This document shows positions 62,756 through 64,000 of a stretch of 64,000 bases of DNA, piece by piece. Below the pieces are notes generated by a model. That model had not been told where the DNA came from and made no database searches. It saw only the letters and a list, made by a program, of their open reading frames with translations. Position numbers and translations under genes: made by a program. Position 1 is the stretch's first letter; each line of letters opens with the position of its first letter. The stretch comes from Pristiophorus japonicus (taxonomy: Eukaryota), in contig NC_091978.1 of the NCBI RefSeq assembly GCF_044704955.1, forward strand, positions 40,424,001-40,488,000, given 5' to 3'.

Positions 62756-62765
62756 GTATCCTTTT
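62756..62765 (+). promoter_or_regulatory. U12-type 5' splice site
   Basis: GTATCCTTTT matches the RTATCCTTT minor-intron donor consensus exactly where MAEA similarity ends. Confidence 0.88.
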
Positions 62766-62931
62766 ACAAGTTGAAATGATAATCCTTTCAAGTCTCAGTA
62801 TCAGTGTCTAAAATTGTCTAGTTACAATAAAAGTTTAGTTGCTTTCAGAAACATCTAACCTTACAGATCTTAGATTGCCATAAGTATCCAACTTTTAAAA
62901 TCTTCGCTTCTGCATGGTTCTATGGGATATT

Positions 62932-63705
62932 GGGGCAGAAATCCTGGCCTCCCCGGGTCCATAACGACATTTCTAAGGACCCGGGAAGGCATCACAAAAG
63001 CCGGTTTTCAACGTGTAATGCGCATGCGCTGAAAACCGGCTTTTCTGATCTGTCAAGCTGGAGCTTGACAGATCGTCGACATCTCGGGAGCGAGGACATT
63101 TGCAAGGACAAGATTGCGGTATTTGTCCATATCTTGCCCAGCAAATGTTCTCAAAATTTGTGCCTGATAAAAGCAGCCGCATAGCCTACGTTTACAGGCG
63201 TAAGAGTCTTAAAACACACAAAAACATTGTAAAATAAAATTTTAAAAGCACATTTTATTGTTTAAAAATCATCCCCACTCTGCTAAGTTTATTTTAAACC
63301 ATAATAATAATAATAAAGCTTTTGAAAAAAAAAATTGGAAAAATATATATTTTTAAAATTCATAAATAACTAATTTAAATTAATAAAAATATGTTGTGCA
63401 TTTTATTTATATTTTATTATTGGTTATGTGTGTTTTGTGGGCTGTTTCTCATTCATAATAATGGGAACTCCAACTTACGGAGTTTCCATTATTATGAATG
63501 AGAATATACTATACCAGATTGGCTGCCCAGAGCCATGTGGCTCAAGGCCTGCGCACGTCCTGACGTGCATGGACTGCGATGCGCAGTCAGGGGAAGCCTC
63601 AGGACCGGGATCTCGCGTGGGCGCATCTGCTTCAGGTAGGTGCGTTGCTTTTTTCTAGAATCCAGTCGAATGCCTGTGGGAAGGAGAAACCGGGATTTCT
63701 GGGCC
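62932..63705. mobile_element. Non-autonomous TIR element (Harbinger-like), 774 bp
   Basis: TIRs GGGGCAGAAATCCTGG / GGCCCAGAAATCCCGG (13/16 identical). 3-bp TSD ATT at 62929-62931 and 63706-63708. Confidence 0.85.
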
Positions 63706-63970
63706 ATTGCTTAAAATTCCAAGAATACTAAGAATATTGAGATAGTGGAATTCCCAATTAGAGGATTCCCTGAACAACAACAGGCAGACCAATAATTAAT
63801 TAATGGAGCAGTGAATGTGGAGGGGTGAGGCATGTGTCACAGTGTTGGGGTGAGGCCCAAGGGGTTATGGTGGTTAAAAGTCGAGGGCCACAATTTATCT
63901 AGCACAAGAACAAGGTGGTAGGCTTGAGGCCAAATATTAAATATTAAGGCAAACATGGTGCTGGAGCTAA

Positions 63971-64000
63971 TAGAAACATAGAAACATAGAAAATAGATGC
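63971..64000 (-). mobile_element. CR1 family A tail running off the window
   Basis: TAGAAACATAGAAACATAGAAAATAGATGC. Confidence 0.8.

Overview
Eukaryotic genomic DNA. The repeat families point to a cartilaginous fish (shark); this is an inference. The only host coding sequence I can find is two consecutive + strand exons of MAEA, a CTLH/GID E3-ligase subunit (55021-55129 and 62622-62755). The second exon ends in a U12-type (minor spliceosome) donor, GTATCCTTTT. No earlier MAEA exon was found, so most of the first 55 kb is probably one giant intron. The window is packed with nested transposons: at least three CR1 LINE families (one near full length with ORF1), a full-length RTE LINE bounded by an 11-bp TSD with a fold-back 5' end, L2 relics, Deu-domain tRNA SINEs, four GG-terminated Harbinger-like non-autonomous TIR elements, a complete Mag-like Gypsy provirus, a solo LTR, and a Penelope-like fragment that keeps a minimal type I hammerhead ribozyme. 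Nearly all ORFs in the track are transposon fragments or their antisense shadows. Boundaries not fixed by TSDs, TIRs or splice sites are approximate.
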